30,137 nucleotides of DNA from Escherichia coli (GTDB lineage: Bacteria; Pseudomonadota; Gammaproteobacteria; Enterobacterales; Enterobacteriaceae), in the NCBI RefSeq assembly GCF_003334355.1, contig NZ_QOWP01000040.1. The stretch is one strand, 5' to 3'. The translations under genes and the position numbers were made by a program. The notes below the pieces were generated by a model. The model did no database searches and was not told where the DNA came from. It saw only the letters and a list, made by a program, of their open reading frames with translations. How positions within the stretch are numbered: position 1 is the first letter of the stretch; the number at the start of each line of letters is the position of its first letter. Shown in pieces: positions 7,959 to 21,860 of this stretch.

Positions 7959-8549
7959 TTATTGCTGAAAAATTATACCAATATTGCTCTCACCCGCCTC
8001 ACGCAGGTCTGCCCTAAGGCCTTTTATCAGCTCGATATCGCGTTCTTCGCACTCAGCTAAAAGTCGGAATATTTCCCACTGAATGTCCCATTCTTGCTCT
8101 ACAGCTGGGTTTTCTTTAAGCTCTTCATCGCTCATTTCGCGACCAGCCTGAGTCATTTCCAGCATCGCAACGGTCGTGATGGAGGTCTTACTCACTTCCA
8201 CCGCGTGTTCGAGCGTTTCACCACTCAAACGCGAATGGACCAGTTCACTTAACGCCACGCATGCATCGATTGCCGGATAAACGCCGTACAGATCGAAATC
8301 GTCGGCTGAAGGAATCGCTTCTTCAAATTTCTCCAGTTGGCTGTCGAAATTTACTTTTGCGTCTTTAACGGTCAGCGTTTCCCAGATGAGATCGAGAATG
8401 CGACGGTAAATTTGCCCATCACCAAAACCGGTTTGCTGGCAGAACATGGCGTAATTGGGGTACATGCGTTCGCATAAGCAAGCCATGAAAGTGACATGCT
8501 GCCAGCTTTCCAGGCGCTCCAGACGCAGATGAATTGGGTTTTGTAACAT
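7959..8549 (-). CDS. yjaG: DUF416 family protein
   Basis: 196-aa ORF MLQNPIHLRLERLESWQHVTFMACLCERMYPNYAMFCQQTGFGDG...; conserved position upstream of hupA. Confidence 0.9.
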   Translation of the reverse strand: MLQNPIHLRLERLESWQHVTFMACLCERMYPNYAMFCQQTGFGDGQIYRRILDLIWETLTVKDAKVNFDSQLEKFEEAIPSADDFDLYGVYPAIDACVALSELVHSRLSGETLEHAVEVSKTSITTVAMLEMTQAGREMSDEELKENPAVEQEWDIQWEIFRLLAECEERDIELIKGLRADLREAGESNIGIIFQQ

Positions 8550-8591
8550 GTTGAGTTCTCAAATACGGAAATTATCCGCAGTTTACCTGAA

Positions 8592-9263
8592 TTAGGGCTG
8601 ATTTGCTGTATAGCGCACGAACGCCGGACGTTCCGAGGCCACCGCGTCCGCCCAGCGCGTTGGCTCCGGCAGACGATAGCCTTTCATGCAGCGTTGTACC
8701 CACGCCAGCGCGCTGTCCACGCTGACCCGATGGCCGGTAGCGATAAACAACGGGTTACAGCGCGCTTTGCTGCGCCAGACCCAGGCCAGCTGCTCGCCTT
8801 TATCCATCAGTGGGGCCAGCGCGCCCGGTTCGCTGGAGAGCGGTTCGAATTTACCGCAGAGCCGTTTTTTCGCCACGCCAATGGTCGGCACATCCACCAA
8901 TAAGCCAAAATGGCTGGCGACGCCAAGACGGCGAGGATGCGAGATCCCATGACCATCGACAAACACTAAATCCGGCTTTTGCGACAGCATCTCCCACGCT
9001 GCCAGCAGCGCAGGATATTCGCGGAAGGAAAGAAAACCTGGAATGTAAGGCATGGTGGTGGCGATGCGGGCAACTTTATACTCGACCAGCTCAAGCGAGG
9101 GATATTTCAGCAGCACCATCGCCGCTCGCGTCACTTCTCCGCCCTGCTCAAACCCGACATCGGCTCCGGCGATCAGATCCGGTGGATCTTTATCGAGTCG
9201 ATCCTCGCGGATCACAGAAGAAGCCAGTTCGATTTGTTGAGCGCGTAATGACGCGAGATCCAT
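8592..9263 (-). CDS. nfi: Endonuclease V (deoxyinosine 3' endonuclease)
   Basis: ORF-track start MIMDLASL at 9269; the sequence I recall for Nfi begins [16 protein letters not shown] (start 9263, 223 aa). Either start is possible. Confidence 0.92.
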
Positions 9264-9272
9264 AATCACTCC

Positions 9273-10337
9273 TTAGCGGTGATATTGTTCAGACAGTCGA
9301 TGCACTGCCTCCACGAACACGCCAGCATGTTCTGGCGGCACATCCTGATGAATGCCGTGACCAAGGTTAAAGACATGACCTTCGCCGTGACCGAAACCTG
9401 CAAGTATAGTCGCTACTTCTTCTTCAATGCGGGCAGGCGGCGCGTACAGCATCGACGGATCCATATTACCCTGCAACGCGACTTTATTGCCCACACGGCG
9501 GCGCGCATCGGCGATATCCGTTGTCCAGTCGAGGCCCAACGCATCGCAACCGGTTTCTGCCATCGCTTCCAGCCACTGTCCGCCGCCTTTGGTAAACAGC
9601 GTGACCGGTACGCGGCGACCGTCGTTTTCACGCAGTAAACCATCAACAATTTTATGCATGTAATAGAGCGAGAACTGTTGATAATCGCGCCCGGTAAGCA
9701 CACCGCCCCAGGTGTCGAAAATCATCACTGCCTGAGCACCGGCTTTAATCTGCGCATTCAGATACAAAGTGACGCTTTTCGCCAGTTTATCGAGTAGAGC
9801 GTGCAGCGCCTGCGGATCGGCATACATCATTTTTTTGATCACGGTGAACGCTTTGCTGCTGCCGCCTTCCACCATGTAGGTCGCCAGCGTCCACGGGCTG
9901 CCGGAAAAACCAATCAGCGGCACTTCGCCTTTCAGTTCGCGACGAATGGTACGCACCGCGTTCATCACGTAACCCAGCTCATCTTCCGGGTCCGGAATTG
10001 GCAGTTTATCGACGTCGGCTTTGCAGGTGACTGGCGAGGTAAAACGCGGACCTTCTCCGGCTTCAAAATAGAGCCCTAACCCCATCGCGTCCGGCACGGT
10101 GAGGATATCGGAAAAGAGGATCGCCGCATCCAGCGGGTAGCGACGCAGCGGTTGCAAAGTCACTTCGCACGCCAGCTCGGCGTTTTTGCACAGCGACATA
10201 AAATCGCCCGCCTGGGCGCGCGTGGCTTTATATTCCGGTAGATAGCGACCCGCCTGGCGCATCATCCATACTGGAGTGACATCAACGGGCTGGCGCAGCA
10301 GCGCCCGCAGATAACGATCGTTTTTAAGTTCGGTCAT
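9273..10337 (-). CDS. hemE: Uroporphyrinogen decarboxylase
   Basis: 354-aa [53 protein letters not shown]..., canonical HemE N-terminus. Confidence 0.97.
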   Translation of the reverse strand: MTELKNDRYLRALLRQPVDVTPVWMMRQAGRYLPEYKATRAQAGDFMSLCKNAELACEVTLQPLRRYPLDAAILFSDILTVPDAMGLGLYFEAGEGPRFTSPVTCKADVDKLPIPDPEDELGYVMNAVRTIRRELKGEVPLIGFSGSPWTLATYMVEGGSSKAFTVIKKMMYADPQALHALLDKLAKSVTLYLNAQIKAGAQAVMIFDTWGGVLTGRDYQQFSLYYMHKIVDGLLRENDGRRVPVTLFTKGGGQWLEAMAETGCDALGLDWTTDIADARRRVGNKVALQGNMDPSMLYAPPARIEEEVATILAGFGHGEGHVFNLGHGIHQDVPPEHAGVFVEAVHRLSEQYHR

Positions 10338-10376
10338 TTTGGCTGTTCCTTAGTGCGTCAGGCGGTCAGTGTATCA

Positions 10377-11150
10377 TCACTCATACTCTGCCCGACACAT
10401 CGCCACAGTATCTTCTATCAGACGGCGCGCTACGGTGCCGGGCGGCGGGAGTAACGGCAAATCGTCATAGCGATACCAGTTCGCCTCAAGCAATTCTTTC
10501 GGGTCGATCACGATGTCGCCGCTGTCATATTCCGCCATAAACGCGGTCATTAAAGACTGAGGAAACGGCCACGGCTGGGAAGTCACATAACGCAAGTTTT
10601 TAACTTTAATTCCGCTCTCTTCCATCACTTCCCGCGCGACCGCCTGCTCGAGGGTTTCGCCCACTTCGACGAATCCGGCAAGTACTGTATGGACACCGTT
10701 ACGATGGCGGGTATGCTGGGCGAGGAGGATCGAATCATCGCGACGGATGGCAACAATAATGCAGGGGGCGATTTGCGGGTAGTAACGCTCACGGCAATGG
10801 CTGCACAGCATCGCCCATTCGGTTTTGCTCGGATACATTTCATGCCCGCAGTAACCACAGTATTTATGCGATCGGTAAAACTCCGCCAGTTGTACGCCTC
10901 GTCCGGCCAGTTGAAACAGCCCAACATCGAGATCAATGACCTGACGTACCGACCCCATATCGTGACGCCGCTGCTGTTGTACTAACCAAACAGGTTCCCC
11001 CTGCCATTCGCCGATTTGTAGTGCGCGCTGACCCACAAGATCGAAATTTGCCGCTTCGCCATATGGCAATTCTCCCTTCGGCAACCATAATTTTTGTTCA
11101 TGGCTGACGACCCACCAGCCGTGATCTAATTTTTCAATTATACGATCCAT
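10377..11150 (-). CDS. nudC: NADH pyrophosphatase / RNA decapping Nudix hydrolase
   Basis: 257-aa ORF with zinc-ribbon cysteines (CGYCGH...CSHC) and a Nudix box ([22 protein letters not shown]). Confidence 0.96.
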
Positions 11151-11244
11151 AGCTCTTGCACTACCTTTGCATCACTGGCATGTTTAACATGGTTTTTACA
11201 TTTCTCACTGAGCAGTTTTTGAATACAAACTTGCGGAGTCAATC

Positions 11245-11721
11245 ATGCTTAACCAGCTCGATAACCTGACGGAGCGCGTCAGAGGAAGTAACAAACTGGT
11301 TGATCGCTGGCTACATGTACGTAAGCATCTGCTCGTGGCTTACTACAATCTGGTTGGCATTAAGCCTGGCAAAGAATCGTACATGAGGCTAAACGAAAAA
11401 GCCCTTGATGATTTTTGTCAGAGCCTGGTCGATTACTTGTCTGCCGGACATTTCAGTATTTATGAGCGCATTCTTCATAAGCTGGAAGGCAACGGGCAAC
11501 TCGCGCGCGCCGCGAAGATTTGGCCGCAACTCGAAGCCAATACCCAACAGATTATGGATTACTACGATTCCAGCCTGGAAACCGCCATCGATCATGATAA
11601 TTACCTTGAGTTTCAACAGGTTTTATCTGACATCGGCGAGGCGCTGGAAGCGCGCTTTGTGCTGGAAGATAAGCTGATTCTGCTGGTGCTTGACGCCGCC
11701 CGCGTCAAACATCCTGCTTGA
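11245..11721 (+). CDS. rsd: Regulator of sigma D (anti-sigma70 factor)
   Basis: 158-aa ORF MLNQLDNLTERVRGSNKLVDRWLHVRKHLLVAYYNLVGIKPGKE...; divergent from nudC. Confidence 0.95.
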   Translation: MLNQLDNLTERVRGSNKLVDRWLHVRKHLLVAYYNLVGIKPGKESYMRLNEKALDDFCQSLVDYLSAGHFSIYERILHKLEGNGQLARAAKIWPQLEANTQQIMDYYDSSLETAIDHDNYLEFQQVLSDIGEALEARFVLEDKLILLVLDAARVKHPA

Positions 11722-11769
11722 GTTCTGCGCTGTTAACGCGTAATTTACATTCAACGCCCCGTTTGTGGG

Positions 11770-11900
11770 GGCTAATTTCTTGTCGGAGTGCCTTAACTGG
11801 CTGAGACCGTTTATTCGGGATCCGCGGAACCTGATCAGGCTAATACCTGCGAAGGGAACAAGAGTTAATCTGCTATCGCATCGCCTTTGCGGCGATCGTC
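11770..11900 (+). promoter_or_regulatory. TPP (thiamine pyrophosphate) riboswitch / thi-box leader of thiC, with downstream hairpin (ATCGCC-TTTGC-GGCGAT, about 11878-11894) as candidate expression platform
   Basis: Contains conserved thi-box elements CTGAGA (11801-11806) and ACCTGATCAGGCTAATACCTGCGAAGGGAACAAG (about 11829-11862), located in the 5' UTR of thiC. Confidence 0.85.
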
Positions 11901-11951
11901 TCTTGCTTCATCCGTCGTCTGACAAGCCACGTCCTTAACTTTTTGGAATGA

Positions 11952-13849
<1,898 letters not shown>

Positions 13850-13850
<1 letters not shown>

Positions 13851-14485
13851 TGTATCAGCCTGATTTTCCTCCTGTACCTTTTCGTTCAGGACTGTACCCG
13901 GTGGTGGACAGCGTACAGTGGATCGAACGTCTGTTGGATGCAGGCGTACGTACTCTCCAGCTACGCATCAAAGATCGGCGCGATGAAGAGGTGGAAGCCG
14001 ATGTCGTGGCGGCAATTGCGCTGGGCCGCCGCTATAACGCGCGATTGTTTATCAACGATTACTGGCGGCTGGCGATCAAGCATCAGGCGTATGGCGTCCA
14101 TTTGGGGCAGGAAGATTTGCAAGCCACCGATCTCAATGCCATCCGCGCGGCAGGCCTGCGGCTGGGCGTTTCGACACATGACGATATGGAAATCGACGTC
14201 GCGCTGGCAGCACGCCCCTCTTATATCGCGCTGGGACATGTGTTCCCGACGCAAACCAAACAGATGCCTTCTGCACCGCAGGGGCTGGAACAGCTGGCAC
14301 GGCATGTTGAGCGACTGGCGGATTATCCCACCGTGGCGATTGGCGGTATCAGTCTGGCACGCGCGCCTGCGGTGATAGCAACGGGTGTCGGCAGTATCGC
14401 CGTCGTCAGCGCCATTACTCAAGCCGCAGACTGGCGTTTGGCAACGGCACAGTTGCTGGAAATTGCAGGAGTTGGCGATGAATGA
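13850..14485 (+). CDS. thiE: Thiamine-phosphate synthase
   Basis: ATG at 13850 overlaps the thiC stop (TGATG); product [24 protein letters not shown]..., 211 aa. Confidence 0.95.
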
Positions 14486-15233
14486 CCGTGACTTTATGCG
14501 TTATAGCCGCCAAATCCTGCTCGACGATATCGCTCTGGACGGGCAGCAAAAACTGCTCGACAGCCAGGTGCTGATTATCGGTCTGGGCGGGCTGGGTACA
14601 CCTGCTGCGCTGTACCTGGCGGGCGCTGGCGTCGGGACGCTGGTACTGGCAGATGACGACGATGTGCATTTAAGCAATCTGCAACGACAAATCCTCTTTA
14701 CCACTGAAGATATCGATCGCCCGAAATCGCAGGTCAGCCAACAGCGACTGACACAGTTGAATCCCGACATTCAACTGACAGCATTACAACAACGGTTAAC
14801 GGGTGAGGCGTTAAAAGATGCGGTTGCACGGGCCGATGTGGTGCTCGACTGTACCGACAATATGGCGACTCGCCAGGAGATTAATGCCGCCTGCGTGGCA
14901 CTCAACACGCCGCTTATCACCGCCAGCGCGGTCGGATTTGGCGGTCAGTTGATGGTACTGACGCCGCCCTGGGAGCAGGGGTGTTACCGCTGCCTGTGGC
15001 CAGATAACCAGGAGCCAGAACGCAACTGCCGCACGGCGGGCGTGGTTGGCCCGGTGGTCGGGGTTATGGGCACTTTGCAGGCACTGGAAGCCATTAAGTT
15101 ATTAAGCGGTATAGAGACACCTGCGGGAGAACTCCGACTGTTCGACGGTAAATCGAGCCAGTGGCGCAGCCTGGCGTTGCGCCGCGCCAGTGGTTGCCCG
15201 GTATGCGGAGGAAGCAATGCAGATCCTGTTTAA
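14478..15233 (+). CDS. thiF: ThiS adenylyltransferase (E1-like)
   Basis: Internal ATG at 14478 overlapping the thiE stop (ATGAATGA); product [15 protein letters not shown]... with GLGGLG nucleotide-binding motif and CxxC pairs; about 251 aa. Confidence 0.93.
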
Positions 15234-15417
15234 CGATCAAGCGATGCAGTGCGCCGCCGGGCAAACTGTTCACGAACTACTGGAGCAACTCGACCAACGA
15301 CAAGCGGGCGCGGCTCTGGCGATTAATCAGCAAATCGTCCCGCGTGAGCAGTGGGCGCAACATATCGTGCAGGATGGCGACCAGATCCTGCTTTTTCAGG
15401 TTATTGCAGGGGGTTGA
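15217..15417 (+). CDS. thiS: Sulfur-carrier protein ThiS (ubiquitin-like, C-terminal Gly-Gly)
   Basis: 66-aa product [25 protein letters not shown]...LLFQVIAGG; start overlaps the thiF 3' end by 17 nt. Confidence 0.93.
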
Positions 15418-15418
15418 A

Positions 15419-16189
15419 ATGTTACGTATTGCGGACAAAACGTTTGATTCACATCTGTTTACCGGCACAGGGAAATTCGCTTCTTCACAACTGATGGTGG
15501 AGGCGATCCGCGCTTCCGGCAGCCAGCTGGTGACACTGGCGATGAAACGTGTCGACTTGCGCCAGCACAACGACGCTATCCTCGAACCGCTTATCGCGGC
15601 GGGTGTGACCCTGCTGCCAAATACATCCGGGGCGAAAACAGCGGAAGAAGCCATTTTCGCCGCCCATCTGGCTCGTGAAGCGTTAGGCACAAACTGGTTA
15701 AAATTAGAGATTCACCCTGACGCCCGCTGGCTGTTGCCCGATCCCATCGAAACCCTGAAAGCCGCCGAAACGCTGGTACAACAGGGATTTGTCGTGCTGC
15801 CTTACTGCGGGGCCGATCCGGTATTGTGTAAACGTCTGGAAGAAGTCGGCTGTGCAGCGGTGATGCCGCTCGGCGCGCCGATTGGCTCGAATCAGGGACT
15901 GGAAACCCGCGCCATGCTGGAGATTATTATCCAGCAGGCCACAGTGCCGGTGGTTGTCGATGCTGGCATCGGCGTTCCCAGCCATGCCGCGCAGGCGCTG
16001 GAAATGGGGGCCGACGCGGTGTTAGTGAATACGGCGATTGCCGTCGCGGACGATCCCGTCAACATGGCGAAGGCATTTCGTCTGGCGGTAGAAGCAGGCC
16101 TACTGGCACGTCAGTCCGGACCGGGCAGCCGCAGTTATTTTGCTCATGCCACCAGCCCGCTGACCGGATTTCTGGAGGCATCGGCATGA
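15419..16189 (+). CDS. thiG: Thiazole synthase
   Basis: ATG at 15419, 1 nt after the thiS stop; product [20 protein letters not shown]..., 256 aa. The ORF-track N-terminal extension is rejected. Confidence 0.95.
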   Translation: MLRIADKTFDSHLFTGTGKFASSQLMVEAIRASGSQLVTLAMKRVDLRQHNDAILEPLIAAGVTLLPNTSGAKTAEEAIFAAHLAREALGTNWLKLEIHPDARWLLPDPIETLKAAETLVQQGFVVLPYCGADPVLCKRLEEVGCAAVMPLGAPIGSNQGLETRAMLEIIIQQATVPVVVDAGIGVPSHAAQALEMGADAVLVNTAIAVADDPVNMAKAFRLAVEAGLLARQSGPGSRSYFAHATSPLTGFLEASA

Positions 16190-17319
16190 AAACCTTCAGC
16201 GATCGCTGGCGACAACTGGACTGGGACGACATCCGCCTGCGTATCAACGGCAAAACGGCTGCTGACGTAGAGCGGGCGCTAAATGCCTCGCAACTCACCC
16301 GCGACGACATGATGGCGCTGTTATCGCCTGCCGCCAGTGGCTATCTGGAACAACTGGCCCAACGGGCGCAGCGTCTGACCCGTCAGCGATTTGGCAACAC
16401 AGTTAGTTTCTACGTCCCGCTTTATCTTTCCAATCTTTGCGCTAACGACTGCACGTACTGTGGATTTTCCATGAGTAATCGCATCAAGCGCAAAACGCTG
16501 GATGAAGCGGATATTGCCAGGGAAAGTGCCGCTATACGGGAGATGGGCTTTGAACATCTGCTGTTAGTCACTGGTGAACATCAGGCGAAAGTGGGGATGG
16601 ATTACTTTCGTCGTCATCTCCCTGCCCTTCGTGAACAGTTCTCTTCACTACAGATGGAAGTGCAACCGCTGGCGGAGACGGAATACGCCGAGTTAAAGCA
16701 ACTTGGTCTGGATGGCGTGATGGTTTATCAGGAGACATATCACGAGGCGACTTATGCCCGCCATCATCTGAAAGGCAAAAAACAGGACTTCTTCTGGCGG
16801 CTGGAAACGCCGGATCGGCTGGGGCGTGCGGGGATTGATAAGATAGGCCTCGGCGCGCTAATTGGCCTTTCCGACAACTGGCGCGTTGACAGCTATATGG
16901 TTGCCGAACATTTGCTATGGCTGCAACAGCATTACTGGCAAAGCCGTTACTCTGTCTCCTTTCCGCGCCTGCGCCCGTGTACTGGCGGCATTGAGCCTGC
17001 GTCGATTATGGATGAACGCCAGTTAGTGCAAACCATCTGCGCCTTCCGACTGCTTGCACCGGAGATTGAACTGTCACTCTCCACGCGGGAATCACCGTGG
17101 TTTCGCGATCGCGTTATTCCGCTGGCGATCAATAACGTCAGCGCCTTCTCGAAAACGCAGCCAGGTGGCTATGCCGATAATCACCCCGAGTTGGAACAGT
17201 TCTCACCGCACGACGATCGCAGACCGGAAGCGGTTGCTGCCGCGTTAACCGCTCAGGGTTTGCAGCCGGTATGGAAAGACTGGGACAGCTATCTGGGACG
17301 CGCCTCGCAAAGACTATGA
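16186..17319 (+). CDS. thiH: 2-iminoacetate synthase (tyrosine lyase, radical SAM)
   Basis: 377-aa ORF with radical-SAM CxxxCxxC motif ([10 protein letters not shown]); start overlaps the thiG stop (ATGA). Confidence 0.96.
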   Translation: MKTFSDRWRQLDWDDIRLRINGKTAADVERALNASQLTRDDMMALLSPAASGYLEQLAQRAQRLTRQRFGNTVSFYVPLYLSNLCANDCTYCGFSMSNRIKRKTLDEADIARESAAIREMGFEHLLLVTGEHQAKVGMDYFRRHLPALREQFSSLQMEVQPLAETEYAELKQLGLDGVMVYQETYHEATYARHHLKGKKQDFFWRLETPDRLGRAGIDKIGLGALIGLSDNWRVDSYMVAEHLLWLQQHYWQSRYSVSFPRLRPCTGGIEPASIMDERQLVQTICAFRLLAPEIELSLSTRESPWFRDRVIPLAINNVSAFSKTQPGGYADNHPELEQFSPHDDRRPEAVAAALTAQGLQPVWKDWDSYLGRASQRL

Positions 17320-17513
17320 GACGGAATGTAAGAACGTAAATTTATTCCGAGCCGCTACGGAAGATGAAAAACGCAAGGTTGTTGAAAGCGTTGTGTTTTT
17401 TTATGGTAGTGCCGTCAGCAGGAATGTTGTCCAGGGCGAAAAGCTTCTTCCTCGTTTCGCCCTGCCTTTCTTAATATTTTCCGTGAAGAATTTGCCCTCT
17501 GAATAACACCCAT

Positions 17514-17539
17514 AAAAAAACCCGCCGAAGCGGGTTTTT
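17514..17539. terminator. Bidirectional rho-independent terminator immediately 3' of rpoC (and facing thiH)
   Basis: AAAAAAACCCGCCGAAGCGGGTTTTTA: 8-bp GC-rich stem, 4-nt loop, A-run on one side and T-run on the other; 22 bp from the rpoC stop. Confidence 0.85.
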
Positions 17540-17560
17540 ACGTTATTTGCGGATTAACGA

Positions 17561-20500
17561 TTACTCGTTATCAGAACCGCCCAGACCTGCGTTCAGCAGT
17601 TCTGCCAGGCTGGCAGATGCGTCTTCTGCAGTCACCTGCGGTGCAGCCGGAGCTTCACCCGCAGCACGGCGACGCATACGATCCTGGTGGTACGCGTAAC
17701 CGGTACCGGCCGGGATCAGACGACCCACGATAACGTTCTCTTTCAGGCCGCGCAGTTCGTCGCGTTTGCCCGCAACGGCTGCTTCGGTCAGCACGCGAGT
17801 CGTCTCCTGGAACGATGCCGCGGAGATGAAGGACTCGGTTGCCAGAGACGCTTTGGTGATACCCAGCAGATCGCGGGAGTAAGTTGCACCCACTTTGCCG
17901 TTCGCTTCCAGTTCGCGGTTTGCGATCTTGACGCGAGAGTATTCAACCTGTTCGCCTTCCAGGAAGTCGGAGCTACCCGCGTTAACGATGGTAGCTTTAC
18001 GCAGCATCTGACGAACGATAACTTCGATGTGTTTATCGTTAATCTTAACGCCCTGCAGACGGTATACGTCCTGTACTTCGTTAACGATGTAACGAGTAAC
18101 AGCATGAACACCACGCAGACGCAGAATGTCGTGCGGCGCTTCCGGACCGTCGGAAATTACGTCACCACGTTCTACACGTTCACCTTCGAACACGTTGAGC
18201 TGACGCCATTTCGGAATCATCTCTTCGTACGGATCGCTACCGTCTACCGGGGTGATAACCAGACGACGTTTACCTTTGGTTTCTTTACCGAAGGAAACGA
18301 TACCGCTGATTTCAGCCAGGATTGCCGGCTCTTTCGGACGACGTGCTTCGAACAGATCCGCAACGCGCGGCAGACCACCGGTGATGTCCTTGGTACCGCC
18401 GGATTCCTGCGGAATACGCGCCAGGGTGTCACCAGAGCTGATCTGTACGCCATCTTCCAGCTGAACAATCGCTTTACCCGGCAGGAAGTACTGCGCAGGC
18501 ATATCGGTACCTGGGATCAGAACGTCGTTACCCTGAGCATCAACGATTTTCAGTGCCGGACGCAGATCTTTACCACCTGCGGTACGTTCTGCGGAATCCA
18601 GAACCACCAGCGAAGACAGACCGGTCAATTCGTCGGTCTGACGCGTAATGGTCTGGCCGTCGATCATGTCAGTAAAGCGTACAAAACCGCTTACTTCGGT
18701 GATAACCGGCATGGTGTGCGGGTCCCAGTTTGCAACGGTTTCGCCGCCAGCAACCTGTTCGCCATCGCCTTTCGCCAGTACCGCACCGTAAGGTACTTTG
18801 TAGCTTTCTTTGGTACGACCGAATTCGTCGATCAGTTTCAGTTCGGTATTACGGGAAGTGATAACCAGTTTACCGCTGGAGTTCACAACCGACTTCACGT
18901 TGCTGAGCTTGATGCTACCTTTGTTTTTCACCTGGATGCTGGATTCAGCAGCCGCACGAGATGCCGCACCACCGATGTGGAACGTACGCATGGTCAGCTG
19001 TGTACCCGGTTCACCGATGGACTGTGCCGCGATAACACCGATTGCTTCACCTTTGTTGATGATGTGGCCACGCGCCAGGTCACGACCGTAGCAGTGCGCA
19101 CATACACCAAAGTCGGTGTCACAAGATACAACAGAACGTACTTTAACCGCGTCGACAGAGTTCTCTTCCAGCAGGTCACACCACTGTTCGTGCAGCAGCG
19201 TGTTGCGCGGAACGAGGATATCAGCAGTACCCGGCTTCAGAACGTCTTCAGCAGTTACACGACCCAGTACGCGATCGCGCAGCGGCTCTTTAACGTCACC
19301 ACCCTCGATAACCGGAGTCATCATGATACCTTCATGGGTACCACAATCGTCTTCGGTAACCACCAGGTCCTGCGCCACGTCAACCAGACGACGAGTCAGG
19401 TAACCGGAGTTCGCAGTTTTCAGTGCGGTATCCGCCAGACCTTTACGAGCACCGTGGGTGGAGATGAAGTACTGGAGTACGTTCAGACCTTCACGGAAGT
19501 TCGCGGTGATTGGCGTTTCGATGATGGAGCCATCCGGCTTCGCCATCAGACCACGCATACCAGCAAGCTGACGAATCTGTGCCGCAGAACCACGCGCACC
19601 GGAGTCGGCCATCATGTAGATGCTGTTGAAGGAAACCTGCTTCTCTTCCTGACCGTCACGGTTAATAACGGTTTCAGTTTGCAGGTTATCCATCATCGCT
19701 TTGGATACACGATCGTTCGCCGCAGCCCAGATATCGATAACTTTGTTGTAGCGTTCGCCCGCAGTTACCAGACCAGACTGGAACTGCTCCTGAATTTCAG
19801 CAACTTCTGCTTCTGCCTCGGAGATGATTTCGTGTTTCTTCTCCGGGATGACCATGTCATCGATACCAACAGATGCACCAGAACGCGCTGCATAGGCGAA
19901 GCCGGTGTACATGATCTGGTCCGCAAAAATAACGGTCGGTTTCAGACCGAGAATGCGGTAGCAGGTGTTCAGCATTTTGGAGATTGCTTTTTTACCCAGC
20001 GCCTGGTTGACGATGGAGTAAGGCAGACCTTTCGGTACAATCATCCACAGAATGGCACGGCCAACAGTCGTGTCTTTCAGGCTGGTTTTCGCTACTAATT
20101 CACCGTTAGCATCTTTTTCATACTCGGTGATACGCACTTTAACGCGCGCATGCAGAGAAGCCAGACCAGAGCGATACAGACGTTCTGCTTCTTTCGGGCC
20201 AGTCAGCACCATGCCTTCGCCTTTGGCGTTAACACAGTCACGGGTCATGTAGTACAGACCCAGTACAACGTCCTGAGACGGAACGATGATTGGTTCGCCG
20301 TTCGCCGGGGACAGGATGTTGTTGGTAGACATCATCAGCGCACGCGCTTCCAGCTGGGCTTCCAGCGTCAGCGGTACGTGAACAGCCATCTGGTCACCAT
20401 CGAAGTCGGCGTTATATGCCGCACAAACCAGCGGGTGCAGCTGGATAGCTTTACCTTCGATCAGTACCGGTTCAAATGCCTGGATACCCAGACGGTGCAG

Positions 20501-21784
20501 AGTCGGTGCACGGTTCAGCAGTACCGGGTGTTCGCGGATAACTTCGTCCAGGATATCCCAAACGACAGCTTCTTCGCGCTCAACCATTTTCTTCGCAGCT
20601 TTAATGGTGGTAGCAAGACCACGCAGTTCCAGCTTGCCGTAGATGAACGGTTTGAACAGCTCCAGTGCCATTTTCTTCGGCAGACCGCACTGATGCAGAC
20701 GCAGGTATGGACCTACGGTGATTACAGAACGACCGGAGTAGTCAACACGCTTACCGAGTAGGTTCTGACGGAAACGACCCTGTTTACCTTTGATCATGTC
20801 GGCCAAAGATTTCAGAGGACGCTTGTTAGAACCGGTGATTGCACGACCGCGACGACCGTTATCCAGCAGGGCGTCAACCGCTTCCTGCAGCATACGTTTT
20901 TCGTTACGTACGATGATGTCCGGCGCAGCCAGATCCAGCAGACGTTTCAGACGGTTGTTACGGTTAATGACGCGACGATACAGATCGTTCAGGTCAGAAG
21001 TCGCGAAACGACCACCATCCAGCGGAACCAGCGGACGCAGATCTGGCGGCAGTACCGGCAGAACGGTCAGGATCATCCACTCTGGTTTGTTACCAGACTG
21101 AACGAACGCTTCCAACAGTTTGATACGCTTGGTCAGCTTTTTACGCTTGGTTTCGGAGTTGGTTTCGTTCAGCTCTTCACGCAACTGTTCGCACTCTTGC
21201 TCCAGATCCATGCTCTTCAGCAGAGCCTGGATTGCTTCCGCACCCATCTTCGCGTCGAATTCGTCACCGAACTCTTCCAGCGCGTCCAGATACTGCTCTT
21301 CAGTCAGGATCTGCTGACGTTCCAGGTTGGTCATACCGCCTTCGATAACCACATAGGATTCAAAGTACAGTACGCGTTCGATATCGCGCAGCGGCATATC
21401 GAGCAGCAGACCGATACGGGACGGCAGCGATTTCAGGAACCAGATGTGCGCAGTCGGGGAAGCCAGTTCGATGTGGCCCATACGCTCACGGCGTACTTTA
21501 GTCTGGGTCACTTCAACGCCGCACTTCTCACAGATGACGCCACGGTGTTTCAGGCGCTTGTACTTACCGCACAGGCACTCGTAATCTTTTACCGGCCCAA
21601 AGATACGGGCGCAGAAAAGGCCGTCACGTTCTGGTTTGAACGTACGGTAGTTGATGGTTTCCGGCTTTTTAACTTCACCGAAAGACCATGAACGGATCAT
21701 GTCTGGCGAAGCCAGAGCAATTTTGATCGCATCAAACTCTTCGGTTTTAGTCTGCGCTTTCAGAAACTTTAATAAATCTTTCAC
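17561..21784 (-). CDS. rpoC: DNA-directed RNA polymerase subunit beta' (GTG start)
   Basis: 1407-aa [52 protein letters not shown]...; contains NADFDGDQM catalytic motif; start codon GTG. Confidence 0.99.
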
Positions 21785-21860
21785 GGATTTGCTCCCGTCG
21801 GAGTTAGCACAATCCGCTGCCGGGTTTTAACCCGACAGCAGTGACCTGTTTGAGCGAGAA

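Noticed and set aside
15161-15418. Upstream extensions giving thiG 342 aa and thiS 75 aa; thiF extension from 14385
   Set aside because: Extensions overlap the preceding genes in other frames; the internal starts give the known protein N-termini and the typical coupled overlaps.
17365-17403. Candidate intrinsic terminator for thiH (T7 run at 17394-17403)
   Set aside because: The preceding stem is weak (5 bp with a 13-nt loop); the strong bidirectional terminator at 17514-17539 is the more likely termination point. Left as a note inside the thiH-rpoC finding.
17687-20098. 803-aa ORF on the plus strand, plus 20150..20761 and 21197..21691
   Set aside because: Entirely antisense to rpoC, whose sense-strand identity is unambiguous; long antisense ORFs are common opposite highly expressed, codon-biased genes. 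No independent start or RBS context.
21816-21839. Hairpin in the rpoB-rpoC intergenic spacer as a possible terminator
   Set aside because: The stem is imperfect and there is no U-tract on the minus-strand RNA; rpoB and rpoC are co-transcribed, so at most an RNA structure, not a terminator.
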